DNA of 64,000 bases from Vicugna vicugna (taxonomy: Eukaryota): the NCBI GenBank assembly GCA_013265495.1, contig MU057711.1, forward strand, positions 2,058,844-2,122,843, in the 5' to 3' direction. Position numbers and translations under genes: made by a program. How positions within the stretch are numbered: position 1 is the stretch's first letter; each line of letters opens with the position of its first letter. The notes below the pieces were generated by a model that was not told the origin of the DNA, ran no database searches, and saw nothing but the letters and a program-made list of their open reading frames with translations. Below, piece by piece: positions 1-13,237 of this stretch.

Positions 1-424
1 GAGAATGTCATTCTAAGTGAAGTAAGCCAGAAAGAGAAAGAAAAATACCATATGAGATCTCTCATATGTGGAATCTAAAAAACAAAAACAAAACCAAACA
101 AACAAACAAAAACAAAGCATAAATACAGGACAGAAATAGACTCATGGACAGAGAATACAGACTTGTGGTTACCAGGGGGGTAGAGGGTGGGAAGGGATAG
201 ACTGGGATTTCAAAATTGTAGAATAGATAAACAAGATTACACTGTATAGCACAGGGAAATATACACAAAATGTTATGATAAATCACAGAGAAAAAAATGT
301 GACAATGAGTGTGTATATGTCCATGAATGACTGAAAAATTGTGCTGAACACTGGAATTTGACACAACATTGTAAAATGATTATAAATCAATAAAAAATGT
401 TAAAAAAAATAAAATAAAATAAAA
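1..424 (+). mobile_element. LINE-1 3' end (young-looking, cetartiodactyl/camelid type), continues past the window start
   Basis: Typical L1 3' sequence (ctaagtgaagtaagccag...tgtggaatctaaaaa...ctgtatagcacaggga), ending in AATAAA and an A-rich tail. Confidence 0.9.
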
Positions 425-630
425 TAGATAAACAACAAGTTTATACTGTATTTAGCCCAGGGAACTATATTCAATATCTTGTAGTAACTTACGGTTAAAA
501 AGAATATGAAAACGAATATATGTATGTTCCTATATGACTGAAGCATTGTGCTGTACACCAGAAATTGACACAACATTGTAAACTGACTAGACTTCAATAA
601 ATATATATTTTAAAAAAAAGAAAAAGAAAA
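425..630 (+). mobile_element. second LINE-1 3' UTR end
   Basis: gggaactatattcaatatcttgtag...acattgtaaactgact...caataaa followed by an A-rich tail. Confidence 0.85.
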
Positions 631-654
631 GCAGAATTGCTCGGGGGGTGGGGA

Positions 655-1060
655 GTGGAAATGTGGTATATACATACAGTGGAGGAGTAGTTGGCCATAA
701 GAAGTTCCATTCCGATACAGGCTACCAAGTGGAAGAACCTCGAAAACACGCTAAGTGAAATAAGCCAGACACAGAACAAACAATATATGATGCCATTTAT
801 ACGAGGTACCTAGAACAGGGAAATTCTGAGAGACAGAAAGCAGAATGGAAGTTACCAGGGGGCGAGGGGCAGGTGGGGCATGGGCGTTACGGCTTCCTAG
901 GCACAGAGTGTCAGTCTAAGATGGTGGAAAAGTTCTGGAGGTGGGTGGTGGTGATGGTGGCACAACTTAATGTCACTGAACTGTACACTTAAAGATGGTG
1001 TAAAATGGTAAATTTTGTCGCATGTATTTAACCACAATTTTTTTAAAGTGAGCCAATTAA
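655..1060 (+). mobile_element. older L1M-type 3' end fragment
   Basis: aaatgtggtatatacataca...ctaagtgaaataagccagacacag...cactgaactgtacacttaaa motifs. Confidence 0.75.
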
Positions 1061-2115
1061 AACATTGATTTCCATGAAGATATCATGTAAGTAATAGCAC
1101 ACCCTGCATCCATCTGTGACAGAGGGAGACTGAGAAACTGTCAGGTGAGCTTAGGGGGAAAGTAATAGGCTGCTGGGCTTCTGGAAGCAGAGCCAGGAAG
1201 TTTGCCCAGGGGAGGAAGGGAGGAAAGACGGTCCAGGTTGCTGGCGGGGGCGGGGGAGGTGGGGAGAAGGAGCGGGGATTGAGGAGGCAAAGCTAAACTA
1301 GGCCCACACCTGGTTCTAAGTTGTTTTTGTTTGGGTCCCCCTCTTCTAACTCTACATCAGCCACAAGTGGTAAATTAAAACACAGGGTGAACCCCAGCTG
1401 CAAATGGTTCTGCAGGTGGCACTTTTGGTACCTTAAAAACTGAAGTGGAAACCCAAGTGGGGTTCCGAGCACCTAGAGAGCCTCCAGGGTTTCCAGGAAG
1501 CTCCCAACCCATCCTCCACCCTCACAGCCCAGCCCCCACTTGCCCCTCCAAACTGTGCCCCTCGAAACCACCAGAACAGTGTTCTCCAAATGCAGAACTG
1601 ATCCCATCCAACCCCCACTAAGACTTTCCAGTGGCCTCTCTGACAATCAGAATAAAAGTCCATCTGTCCGGCCCCCCACAAGCAGCCCGGCCCAGCACGA
1701 TGGGGACCTGCTGGCCTCACCTTGCACCTTGCATGCCCCCTGCCCTCCATGCACGGACCCTCTGGCCACCCCCTACTCCTGGAACTCCTCTGCCACTTCC
1801 TGCTTCGGGGAGTTTGCCCTGCATGGGGCCTCAGTGCACCCACCCTATTTCATGCTCCCCCACCTCATCGCTTCCTGTCAAATCACTCTGATTCACTGTC
1901 ACCACAGCCCGTATCACTCTGGGGAGATGGCTCACTTCTCTGTTATGCACCTGCTCATTGGCTGTCGGCTCCCTGAGATCAGGAGTGCTGTCCCTTTGTT
2001 CCGTACGGTGTCCCCTGGCACCTGGCCCAGAGCCAGTGCTCAGTAAACACATCCTGAGTGGATGACCAGGTGATTGAACTGCGTGCAGTGGGATCACCAA
2101 GAGTTGGTGGAAGAA

Positions 2116-2264
2116 GAGGGGAGGGTATAACTCAGTGGTAGAGCGCACACTTAGTGTGCACGAGGCCTTGAGTTCAATCCGCCGTACGGCCACTTAAATA
2201 AATACATAAACAAACCAACCAACCTAATTACCTCCCCCCGCAAACCCACTTCCCCCCCAAAAAA
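2116..2264 (+). mobile_element. tRNA-Ala-derived SINE (Vic-1-like)
   Basis: A box/B box tRNA head, ctaattacctcccc body, A tail; 17-bp TSD aagagttggtggaagaa at 2099-2115 and 2265-2281. Confidence 0.9.
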
Positions 2265-3669
2265 AAGAGTTGGTGGAAGAAACCGAGGAAAGAGCTGCTT
2301 CCTTGCACAGCGTCCCTGGGGGAGGGCAGCCCCCTTTTTCAACTTGTGAATCCAAATAACCAAACGTGTGTTTAGGAGGCGCAGTAAGCTGCTCCTGGCA
2401 GGTCCTTCTGCCATCTGTAACTGCTCGGATTTTTCATTTTCCACCTAGGCCTCTCAAGGCCCAGGGGAGGCCCCACTCTCCAAAAGCGTGGGGAGAGCGA
2501 GGGCCTGGCAACCGGGCGGGGAGCACCAGATCCTCGGGGCTTTCTCCAGGCTTCTCTTGGTCCCCAGGGTCTTTGGTGGCTTTGCTCAGCAACCTGTGCC
2601 CCAGCCTGGGAGGGAACAGGTCCCTGGGGGAAAGGACTGGAAAGATAGGCTCCGGGGTCAGGGGCCCTGCTGGGAAGGGGCCCTGAGAGGCACATGGTTC
2701 GCTTGGGAGTTGCCAGGCTCCAATCACCCACCGCCCCCTCCCCAGGGCCTGCACCCACGGGAGACAGAACCCAGGGAAGCAGAAGGCCATGTTCTCTGAG
2801 GAAACCTCCGGCCACTGGAAAGTTGCTTGGAAGAGTTTGCCAATGCTCTCTCTCCCCTGGGCATGCTCTGGGCCTCCTGGGCTCCTGCAACTCCAGGGAA
2901 CATAGGGACGTGGGTCCCAGGAGGCCTAACGCCTGGCTGACCTCACTCTTTCCAAGCTGGGTCCCAAGAGCCAGGAGCTCGTGAAGAATCAGACTCCGGG
3001 CCCAGACTTCAGACCTCACCGTGTCCGGGCTCTGCCTTTCAGCTTGACCACATCTTCCTGATCCAGAACAGTATTTTATCACCTACAGTGAGGAAGGGCT
3101 TTCTTAAGTCCAACTGCTGTCTCTCCCACTCTCATGTAAAAGTGTCCTGAGCATGTGGCACCCAAAGGTCAGATCATATCTACATCTTGGATGATAAGGA
3201 AATGTGGTTTAAAGACCAAACATTTGAAGACCCAGCATTTGGAGGAAAGGAAGTATCAGGAGACCGGGAAGGAGTTATCTTCCTTCCTCATCTTTCTACT
3301 TGAGCAAGACCAAGCAGGAAATGTGAGGGCCACGAGCTTGGGCCCTGCTGTCAGTCATGGGTACGAGTCCCACCGCTCCTTGCCGTGAACCTGTGGGCCC
3401 ACGTCTCTAATGTGTGTGGAATCCAGGTACCTCCTTACCTGAGAAGAGGGGTGAACACTGAGCCTAGTGGTGGTAGCTGCTCTTGACACTGTGGTTAACG
3501 CATCCTGCAGTGTGCCGGCGACAGGTTCTCCTGGTCTCCCTGCTCAGGGCTTGCAGACCCTAAATGGACATAGTCTCCCAATAGACGGGCAGGTGTGGAG
3601 CCTGGGACGAGAACGAGCATCAGCCTTCTCTCCTCCTCCTCCACGTGGTGGGTGCTTATTATTCAACAT

Positions 3670-3797
3670 GGGGAGGGTACAGCTCAGTGGTAGAGCACCT
3701 GCTTAGCAGTCATAAAGTCCTGGGTTCAATCCCTAGTACCTCCTCTAAAAAAAATAAATAAATCTAATTACCTCCCCCCATCCCAAAATAAAATAAT
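3670..3797 (+). mobile_element. tRNA-Ala-derived SINE (Vic-1-like)
   Basis: ggggagggtacagctcagtggtagag...gggttcaatccc...ctaattacctcccc plus A-rich tail. Confidence 0.88.
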
Positions 3798-4879
3798 TGA
3801 ATAATACAACAAACACCACTGCCTGCAACCTGTGTCCCAGGTGTCCATGCTGGGAGCCACGGCCACCAGCAAGTGGCTCACAGTCCAGGGAGACACCAGC
3901 AAGTCATCAGGTCACAGTGTGAGTAACACTAAGAAGGGAGTACTGGGGTTGGGAAAGGAGGAGCTCTACGCAGGCGCCTAGTGAGGTGGGGTCAGGGAGA
4001 AGGAAATGCTGGCGCTGAGTTTGCTGATCAAGGAGAAACTCACTAGATCAGAGAAGCCAGGGAGGACCCCTAGGTTGCAGGCATAGACACTTGACCCAGT
4101 GGCTTCTGTCCCAAAGCCCCCTTTTTTTGTCATTTATTTATTTTACATATATTATCTCGCTTAAGTTTTAAAACTGGTATGGCTTATAGTCACCTAACCC
4201 CATCTTTGGTGTACAGCTCAGTGAATTTCACACACGTGTGCACCCACATAACAACCTCTCAGGTGCAGACATAGGACATCTCCATCTCTCAGCAGGGCCC
4301 TCATGTTGCTCCTGGTCTGTGCCTCCAGCCTCAGGTCCTGGTTCTGGCTTCTGTCACCATCGGTGATGAAGGCTCCCCCCTCTATAACATGTATTTTGTA
4401 AGATCCTTTTACTACCATAAAATTAAATTCATAGGTAAGCTGTAACCTAAATGAAGAAGAGAAATAAAGGAAAGTATAATATATTCATGGGTATTTATCA
4501 TAAAACAGCAAGTTCAATGGTACAAGATGCTAATGTTCCCACAGGAATATCCCAAGGGGACACTTATGCCCCAATGAGAACCACGCCCCAGATCATCAGA
4601 GCTGCAGGGACTTCAGAAACACTCAACCAACTCCCCTTGTGGTCAGAAGGAACTCCAAGCTGGACATGACCAAAGTCACAGTTGGTTACTGAAAGAACCA
4701 GGGCTAGGACCAGGGTCTGAGAGATAGGGTCATGCAGGCTTCAACAGCAGGAGCTGCAGAGTCAGACATAAGGTTTCAATCCTCAGACAGTTTCCTTGTC
4801 TCCATGATAACAGAGGAGATTATGAGGATTAAATGAGATAATACACACTGAGCGCTCAAGATTAGCACAGGTAAAGCAC

Positions 4880-5560
4880 ATTCGTTCATTCAACAGATAT
4901 TTATTGCATATTTACTATGTTCCAGGCACTGGGCTGGGTATGGGAGATGAGCAAGGATGGAAAAACTTCAGGAAGCTTACACTCTGGTGGAGGAGACACT
5001 ACACAGACAACCAAATACAGACAAAAGAAAGCTGTGGATGGTTACATATGATAAGCAGGTATTAAAGTAAGAAGTAATTTAGGGTTTTTTAAATTCAAGG
5101 GCTCAAAGAAGTCCTCCCAGAGGAGGAGGCACTTGCACTGAGACACAATGGGATGTTACCCAGGCAAAAATGGGAGGAAATAGCATTCTAGGTGGAATAG
5201 CAGTAAGTGCAAAGGCCCTGAGGCAGACACTGGCTTGAGTTCTTGGAAAAGAAAGATATTATAGAGAGCAAGAATGCTAAGTCATGAAGTTGGCCAGGGA
5301 CATGGGGTCAGATCATGTAGGGCCTTGCAGAATTGTATTCTGTTGGCAAAGGAAGCCTGTAGGTTTTAACCAGGGATATGGCATAATCTGATTTACATTT
5401 TTCAGTGTAATCTTATCCCTAGGCTGCTACGTGGAGAAAGGATTGAAGGAGCAAGAGTGGGGAGGAAGTAAACCAGTGAGGAGGCTATTGCGGGTGTCCT
5501 GGAGAAAGGCAGTGGAGGCCTGTGTCTGGGAGGTGGTGAGTGGACAGAAGCGAACAGATG
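4880..5560 (-). mobile_element. L2 3' fragment
   Basis: cattcgttcattcaacagatatttattg...tgttccaggcactggg and later gtgcaaaggccctgagg, characteristic of antisense L2. Confidence 0.65.
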
Positions 5561-6741
5561 TAGGTTGCACATAACTCAGTGGCAGTCGGGGTCAGTATTT
5601 CCACCCAGTGCTCTTCCTGTTGTGCCTTTAACAAACATTATCCTAGTGCATTCCAATAGTGCCTGGCTCATTCTTTGCAATCACTATGCATTCAGGACCT
5701 ACTGTGTGCAAGGCTCAGCACGACACTGAGCTGAAAGGAGGTGGCAGAGGAGGCAGAGCCCCGAGTCCAGGCCAGCTGTGATTCCTAGCCTGTCCTCTGC
5801 CTGCAGCTCTCTCGTCACACAGGAGAGCTTCCTCCTCCTGTTCCACCACAGGGCTCCCCAAAACCACCAACCCTTGCTGCCTCCAGGAGTCCCTCTAATC
5901 ACCGGTTCATGGTCCCTCTGCCTCCAACCCAGCAAGGATGCTGTGGGACACATGGCTTCCTCCACAGCCCCCAGGCTTCCGTCTACCAACTGGGCAGTTG
6001 CCTGGCGGGGGTTTGGGGGGCGACTTCCGTGGGGCAGACCAGGCCAAGATGTTGGCCTGAGCACTTTTAAAAACCAAGTATGGTAGCTTTTGTGGAACAT
6101 CTTATAAAGTAGAGCAGACTCAAAGAGACAGCAGGTGCACGGAGCCCCAGCTCCTTCCAGCTCATGGTCATTGCATCTGTAAATACAGTGGCACCCCATC
6201 CATTGCTGCATCTGTAATAATGGTAGCACCTCATGGATCGCATACATAGTCTATGCCAGTCCTATGTACCACCCATCGAACTTTCACAGCTCCAGGAGGC
6301 TGGCCCCACTGCCTCCATTTTACAGATGGGAAAGTAAAGACTGGGATTCTCTCAATCACCTGTCAGACGAGACCTGAGTTTACACTGCCTCCATGCAGAT
6401 ACCCGGTTCTCCTCTGGCCTCGACCCCCAAAGGCCCCTCCCTGGGCATTGTTTCAGAGTCTGGTTCCATGAGAGGACCATGACTCTCTGGACCCCATCTC
6501 CCTTTCCACTACCTCCCCACCACAGCGTGATGGGCAGACCCCGTGCCAAGCAATCATCCCACACGCATCTGGGAAGCAACGCCTCACACCCCAGCTGCAA
6601 ACTCAGCTTCACAATACATCTAGATTCCCACCCTTTACCACCACTCCGTCCCCTGGCTCAGCAGCCAACACCTCTTACCTGGATTATGGCCACGGCCTCC
6701 TATGTCTCCCAGCTTCTGCCCTCAGCCTGGGCTGTCTGGAG

Positions 6742-7051
6742 CAGTACTGTCTAACAGGAATAGAATATGAACCACATATGGAATTTTATATTTTCCTGTG
6801 GCCACATTTTAAAAAGTAAAAAGAAATGTATTAAACTTTAATAATATACATTTTAAACAAATATATCCAAAGTATTGTCATTTCTACATGTAATCAATGT
6901 TTTAAAATAGTTAATGAGACAGTTTCTCTCTTTCATAGTAAGTCTTCAATATCCAGTGTGTATGTATACATACAGCACATCTCAAATCAGACTGGCCGCA
7001 TTTGAAGTACCCAACAGACACATGGCGGGTGGCTTTAGTAGTGGACAGCAG
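6742..7051 (+). mobile_element. MER33-like hAT-Charlie non-autonomous DNA transposon
   Basis: cagtactgtctaacagg...ccacattttaaaaagtaaaa...acagcacatctcaaatcagactggccgcatttgaagt...tggacagca follows the MER33 layout as recalled. Confidence 0.75.
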
Positions 7052-7300
7052 CTCCATTCTCAACACAGCATCCAGTGCAGCCCTTTAACAAGTAGGCCAG
7101 TGCACATGACTCCTCTGTTTGCAACCCCATGGCTCCCACTTCTCTCAAAGTCAATTCACAGTCCTTAGAAGGGTGAGCAAGGCTGCACAGCTGCCCCTTC
7201 CTCACAGCCTCCACACTTGCTCTTTTTGTCTATCTGAGACCCTTCCGCCCCAGACATCCTCATGACCTACTTTCCAGCCTCCTTCAAACCTTTGCTCAAA

Positions 7301-7871
7301 CCCAGTGTTCATAGTGGCACTACTTCCAATAGCTAAGACATGGAAGTAACCTAAATGTCCATCGACAGATGACTGGATAAAGATGTGGGTGTGTGTGTGT
7401 GTGTGTGTGTGTAATGGAATACTACTCAGCCATAGAAAAGAATGAAATAATGCCTTTGCAGCAACATGGATGGACCTAGAGATCACCATAATGAGTGAAG
7501 TAAGTCAGACAAAGGCAGATATCATATGATATCACTTATATGTGGAATCTAAAACAAGATACAAATGAACTTATTTACAAAACAGAAATAGACACACAGA
7601 TATAAAGTTATGGTTACCAAAAGGGAAAGGGGGGAAGGATGAATTAGGAATTTGGGGTTAACAGATACAAACTACTATATATAAAACAGATCAACAACAT
7701 GGGCCTACTGTATAGCATGGGGAACTATATTCAATATATTGTAATAACCTATAATGGAAAAGAATCTAAAAAAGAATATATATATACGTATACATACACA
7801 TATATAACTATCACTTTGCTGTTCACCTGAAACGAACACATTGTAAATCAACTATACTGCAATTAAAAAAA
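7301..7871 (+). mobile_element. 5'-truncated LINE-1 inserted into an L2
   Basis: L1 3' end with poly(A); TSD aaa(c/t)ctttgctcaaa at 7286-7300 and 7872-7886; internal (GT)n at 7389-7412. Confidence 0.9.
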
Positions 7872-8175
7872 AAATCTTTGCTCAAATGTCACGCTATCAG
7901 AGAGGCCTGATCCAACCACCCTATTTAACCCCAGCTCTCCTTCCTGTCTCACCCCTCCATCCCAAACTAGTTTTTCTCCACAGCACTTACTACCTTCTAA
8001 TATACAGTATAATGTTCTTATTTATTGTGCTTACCAGCCCTGTCTCCCCTCTTAAAATGTTAGGTCCAGGAGGGCAGGGATTTCTGTCTGTTTTGTGCAC
8101 AGCTCTATGTGCCCAGAGCTTGGCACACGGTAGGTACTCCAGTAATAGTGATTGTTCGGATGGATGGACGGATAC
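7872..8175 (+). mobile_element. L2 3' end
   Basis: ctcaaatgtcac...gagggcagggatttctgtctgttttg...gcttggcacacggtaggtactc. Confidence 0.7.
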
Positions 8176-11100
8176 AGATCTGCTCCGTTCCAGGCAGCTG
8201 AAGTGGGTGGCAAGCCATTACTCACACAGGCCCGCACGGTGGGGAAACTGGGGAGCCCGCTGCTTCCTCTCGCCGCAGCAGACCCTCAAGCTCTGCTGGG
8301 CACAGTGGCCACCTGCCCTGGAGGATCCCAGATGCAACAAGAGAGATGGCAGGGGTGGGCTGCTGCCCGGGCCACCCTCTGGAAGTTTATTTCCTCAGGC
8401 CAGTTTCTCGTGGTCTGGGAGGTTTTAAAATAGTCCATGATTTTAAAACAAAAAAATCTCCCGGTCTGCCCAATTAATGCTCACAGTTCATTGTTTGTAA
8501 TTGCACATAAAATTTTATAACAGGAAATTACGAGAATTCTCTTTGAAGACTTCCCCCAAGGAACGGATTTGGGAAGAAAAACCCCCTTTCTGCTTTCAAG
8601 GGATAGGTCCTATTAGCAGAGCTCTGAAACCTTCCCAAGGGATGAGCTTCTGGGGCAGCGGGTGGTGTAGGAAGAGTGGGAGCCTTAGGGCTGAATCCCG
8701 GCTCTGCGTGAACCAGCAGCCCGCAGTGCTAAGCACTCCACACAGCCATCCTCAACTCAGTCCTGTGGTGTACCAAGAAGGGTACCCCTTTTTCAGGTCA
8801 GAAAACTGAGGCCAAAGGGAGGACTTGCAGCCTTTGCCTTCCACCCACAATGACCACAACTGTGGACAACAAAGGGTCTCCTAATGGGCCTGCATAAAGT
8901 CACAAGAGGCCAACTGGCAGGAATAAATAAAGACCACATCCATGGTACAAGGATGTCCATTTGCTCCCAGACCAGCCCTGTGGGATGCAGTAATTGACCA
9001 TTGTTTCTAGACACTGTGATTCTTTTCTGAAGAGCACGACTGCATTGTGTGATATTTTTTGAATATGTTTAAGTGTTTGTCTGATGCAAAAATGTTAAAC
9101 ATATCACAGTTTTTTAAAACCCTCCTTGGGCATTTCTCTACTTGTTTTCATCTCTCTGGAGACTCAAAAACAACAGTGTCTGCCTTTCTCTGGATTCACA
9201 GAGAGTCTGACCCCAAGCAGACCTCTGCATCCACAGAGACTTGCTGTGACTCAGACCCCACTATGAGCCTCGGTTTCCCTCTTAGCCCTGACATTCCAGG
9301 ATGCTCAGATTCTCACTGCTGCCATGAGGGTGCCCTCAGGGTGAGGAAGGGGGATACCCCAGGCCCCACCTGGAGCCCACCCAGCCAATGCTGCCTCCCT
9401 CCCAGTGGCCTCCCCTCACAAGGTCTTACCCGTGTTGTCCCTGCACTAGGGGCTTGCAATCATCCTACATATGGATGCTCTGAACCACCCTGTAACCAGC
9501 AGACATTTCAGCAGCCTCAGAGCAAGTAGCCAAGGCCTCACCCCCACTTGCCACTTCAGTGGCCCCAGTGCCAGCAGCCCCTCCCTTTCCTCTCAGAAAG
9601 CCTCCTTCCCAGCACCCCTCCTCTCCAAAGGCTCCTCTGGGTCCGACACCCAAATATGGCACTTTTCACTCAGTCTTTACATAATTATTGAGCACTTACT
9701 AAGTACAGACTATGTGGGTACAGCAGGGAACAGACTAGGTCCCCCCCCCCGTGGAGTTTCACTGCTGGGGGTAATACACACAAAAGCAAAATAAGGCGAT
9801 TCTAAGGAGACATGAGTGCTGCAGAAAGAGGGTTACCAGTGAGCAGGGGGTCCACTTGGAGGACATGACTGAGACCTGGAGGACAAGAAGGAAGCAGAAC
9901 TATGAAGATCTGGGGAAGAAACAGCAGAGCAAAGGCCCTGGGGGCAGGGTCGCGGAGCCTCTGGGAGGACTTGCCAGGGTCTGAGCTTGTATCGCCTGCT
10001 TTTGACGTGGCTGAAGGACAGAAGGGAGTGTAGTGCAGGAAGGGGCGGTGGTGTAGATCACGTGATGCTTTGGATGCAGCCACTGCCTAGCTAAGGTTTG
10101 AAGCTGTCTTCACTACAAGACTCGTCCTGCCAGACTAAGGAAGGGGCAGTCAGAGGGGGCCCAGGGCACCAGTGAAGTTGGGCTTTGGATCCGGCTAGAC
10201 ATGGGTTCCAATCCAGTCTCTCTCAATTAACCAGCTGAGTTACACAAGTTATCAAACTCTGTGCCTCAGTTTGCTCAGCTCTAAAGTGGGAACAGAGCCC
10301 GTGTCACAGGCTGTCACTGAAAGTATGCCTCCCAGGGAGGGCTGAGTGGCCTCCAGAGACTGGTGGGGCTGCTTAAGCTCCTTCTCCAAGCTCCCCCAGC
10401 TCTGAGTCACTGTGGTTTCAGAGCAGAGAAGTAGAATGGTAAGACAGAGGAGCTGGGACTTTAAGACAGAGGTTTCAAATTCAAGGCCCTGCAGGGCTTT
10501 GCAGGGAACTCAATGATGACACCACCTGGCACCCTCCTTCCCACCACTGCCCACTTTACAGTTTATCACAGGGGTCATTCGGCATTTCTACCAAAAAAAA
10601 AAAAAAGGCATATACCCTTCCCCCCTTGAAATTTGCTCTCTTTGTCCCTCTAAACTCTCCCACTTCATAAATCACAAGAAAGTGTTCCCATTGACTCCAT
10701 TCTAAGCAAAACAACAGTGCAAATCCAATAATAAATAGCAACTAACATTTGGCCTCAGGGCCAGAGAGGCAATAGGGAGCAGTGGGGTCTGCAGCATGTT
10801 GGGGTATGTGCCTCTGACTTGAAAGGCCAGGGGCTACTTCTTGATTCCAGCCAACTGATGGCAGCAAGACCACAAGGCCATGTAACCAGACATCCTGATC
10901 TTCCAATAGAAGTCAGATGTTCTCAGGGCATGAGAAATCTCCTGATTTCTTAATGTCGACAGCCAATTCAGATGTTTTACAGTCACTGCTCAGGCCAAAG
11001 AAAACACATCTGTAGGCAGGATCGGGCCAGCAGACCACTGTAAGCAAAAGGGACAGATGCATTGTTCCAGAGCACAGAAAGAAGGATGAGTTTCTTTGGC

Positions 11101-12734
11101 CTACCAGGGAAGAATGAGGCTAGAATCCAAAGGTCACGGGAGAGAATACGGCTGGTGAGATGGGGTGGTGGGACATGGGGACCAACTGAGCAAAGGTCTA
11201 GTGGCCAGACTGTGTCTGTCGTGGCCAGGGCTGGCCAGCTGGCCATCGGCATGGCTGGGACAGCAAGTGAGAGCCCAGAGGAACTGGCCCCAAAGACTGG
11301 CCCAGAATCCAGAATTCACTCTGCTTGGCTTTTGCCTTACCTGGAAGGGTTCCTAAATTTTTAGGTTTTAAGGAGAAAAAGCCTAGTGACTTCTGCTACC
11401 TCCTTAGCCATGCCCTTCCTCCCTCCACCAGAAATCCAGGCACCCCTTCCCTCTGGTAATCTCCATGGCTCACTCATAAATTATGAGCGCATTCATTTGC
11501 ATGTCAGAAGCTCGGCCAAGAAATTAGATAAAATTGATCCGCCACAATTTATTCTCTCTATTTTTCCAAGAAATGGCCTCCCTCCCATGTTTTATTCATG
11601 GAGACACCCAGCTCTCTCTTTTATCTCCAACCCTCAGTAACATTTTCAATTTACTCAATTTATAGCTGCAAGACGCCCTTGGGCTGGGCAGGAGGGAGGC
11701 CACCCAGAATGGGCCTGGGCGCCCCAGGCGGCTCGCCCATTGCCGGCGTTGTCTCAGCCAGGCAGGCACTCTGAAGCGAGACGGAAGGGGGTTCCAGCTA
11801 GATCTTGAGAGAAAGGCTCCTGGGGGCAGCCTGCAAAGAAGGCTCTGAGCACTAATGAGGGGCCTCAGCTCAGAGGTGAGCCAAGGCAGAGTCTGGGTCC
11901 CGGCTGAACTGGAGGAGCTTCCAGCAGCTGCTCTGCCTCCAAGGAGTAGGCCCGCCTTTGGCCTGACACAGGGGTCATCTGCTGGGGAGAGAGACATGCC
12001 TGCCTCTGTCAGCCCTCCCTGCCTCCACATGCCAGAGACGCATGTCTCAAACAAAAGAGAAGTTGAAAAAGGGTATTTTCACATGTTCAGTCTCTTCTTC
12101 AGAGAAGAGGACGAGATTTCTGGAAGGCATGGCGGTTTGGTTTGCTTTTTAATTTCAGAGTCATTTTCCTCCCAGAGAGGCACAAGTTCAAGCGAGTTCA
12201 CATTTTACAGGGGTGGTTTCAGCAGTGTCGGCTGGCTGTCCCCACAGAGACATCTGAAACCTGTCCAGCAACCCACTGGGTCCTCCTCTCTAAGCAGAGC
12301 TTGTTAACTCAAGTGCCTGTCTTGGCCATGCAAATATCTCCAGGGGTGTGAGGCAATAGAGTTTGGCAGAGTCTGTGGCAAACAGGAGAGGGACCTTTCT
12401 AGAGGGACGGAAGCTTCTCTAGCCAATTGCTGCCAGGACAGTATAAAGCAGGCCTGGTGTTGCAAGAACTTCAAGTGTTTCAAGAGACTCCAAAATTCCA
12501 GAGCATATGTGAATTCTCCTAAGTTTCAACAGTGGCATTTTTTTTTCTTTTTAAACACTCTGTTGTCACAACAGTTCATAACTATGAGAGCCATTTCAGT
12601 TGTGGTCCACCATCCACTCTTGAAGGATAAGGACCATGTCTTATTGTATCTCTTTGTGGCTCAGCCTAGCCCTATGCCTGGTATACTGTAGGTGCTCAAT
12701 AAATAAATGTCGACCTAAGATGTAGCTTGAACTT

Positions 12735-13237
12735 TGGCAGAAGCAGATTTTTACCTTCTCCAACATCAGTTTTCCTTTCTTCTTTGAAGTTATCAAGCCT
12801 TGATTTTTAGCTGATCATATTGTTCCCTGGCATAAAAGACACACTTAGCTTCCCTGGCAGCCAGGGACTATGTTCCAAGGAATGAGAAATGAGTAAATAT
12901 TGTGTGGAACTTCTGGAAAAGATGTTTAAAGGGAACTGACAGAGCTGAGAGGAGGCCTTTTTTGCCCTTCTACATTTCCACTTTCCTGTGATCCTGGTCA
13001 TGATGGCTGGAGCTCTGGCAGCCATCTTGGACCATGCATTGTCCTTAAGGATAGAAGCCAACTCTAGGATTGATGGGACAGTAAAAGAGAAGGAGCTTGG
13101 ATCAGTGTTGGTGATAATGCTGTCCTACCACCTCAGGCCATCTATATCTGGACTTGTTTTACAAGACAGGAAAAAATTTTATCTTCCTTAAGTCACTATT
13201 AGATTTTCTGTTAGATACAGGTGAAACTAATCTTAAT
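12735..13237 (+). mobile_element. MaLR LTR (MLT1J-like)
   Basis: atgatggctggagctctggcagccatcttggaccatg core and ttaagtcact 3' motif. Confidence 0.65.

Noticed and set aside
2372..3082. 236-aa ORF, the longest in the track
   Set aside because: GC-rich composition, overlapping ORFs in several frames, no recognisable domain or splice structure
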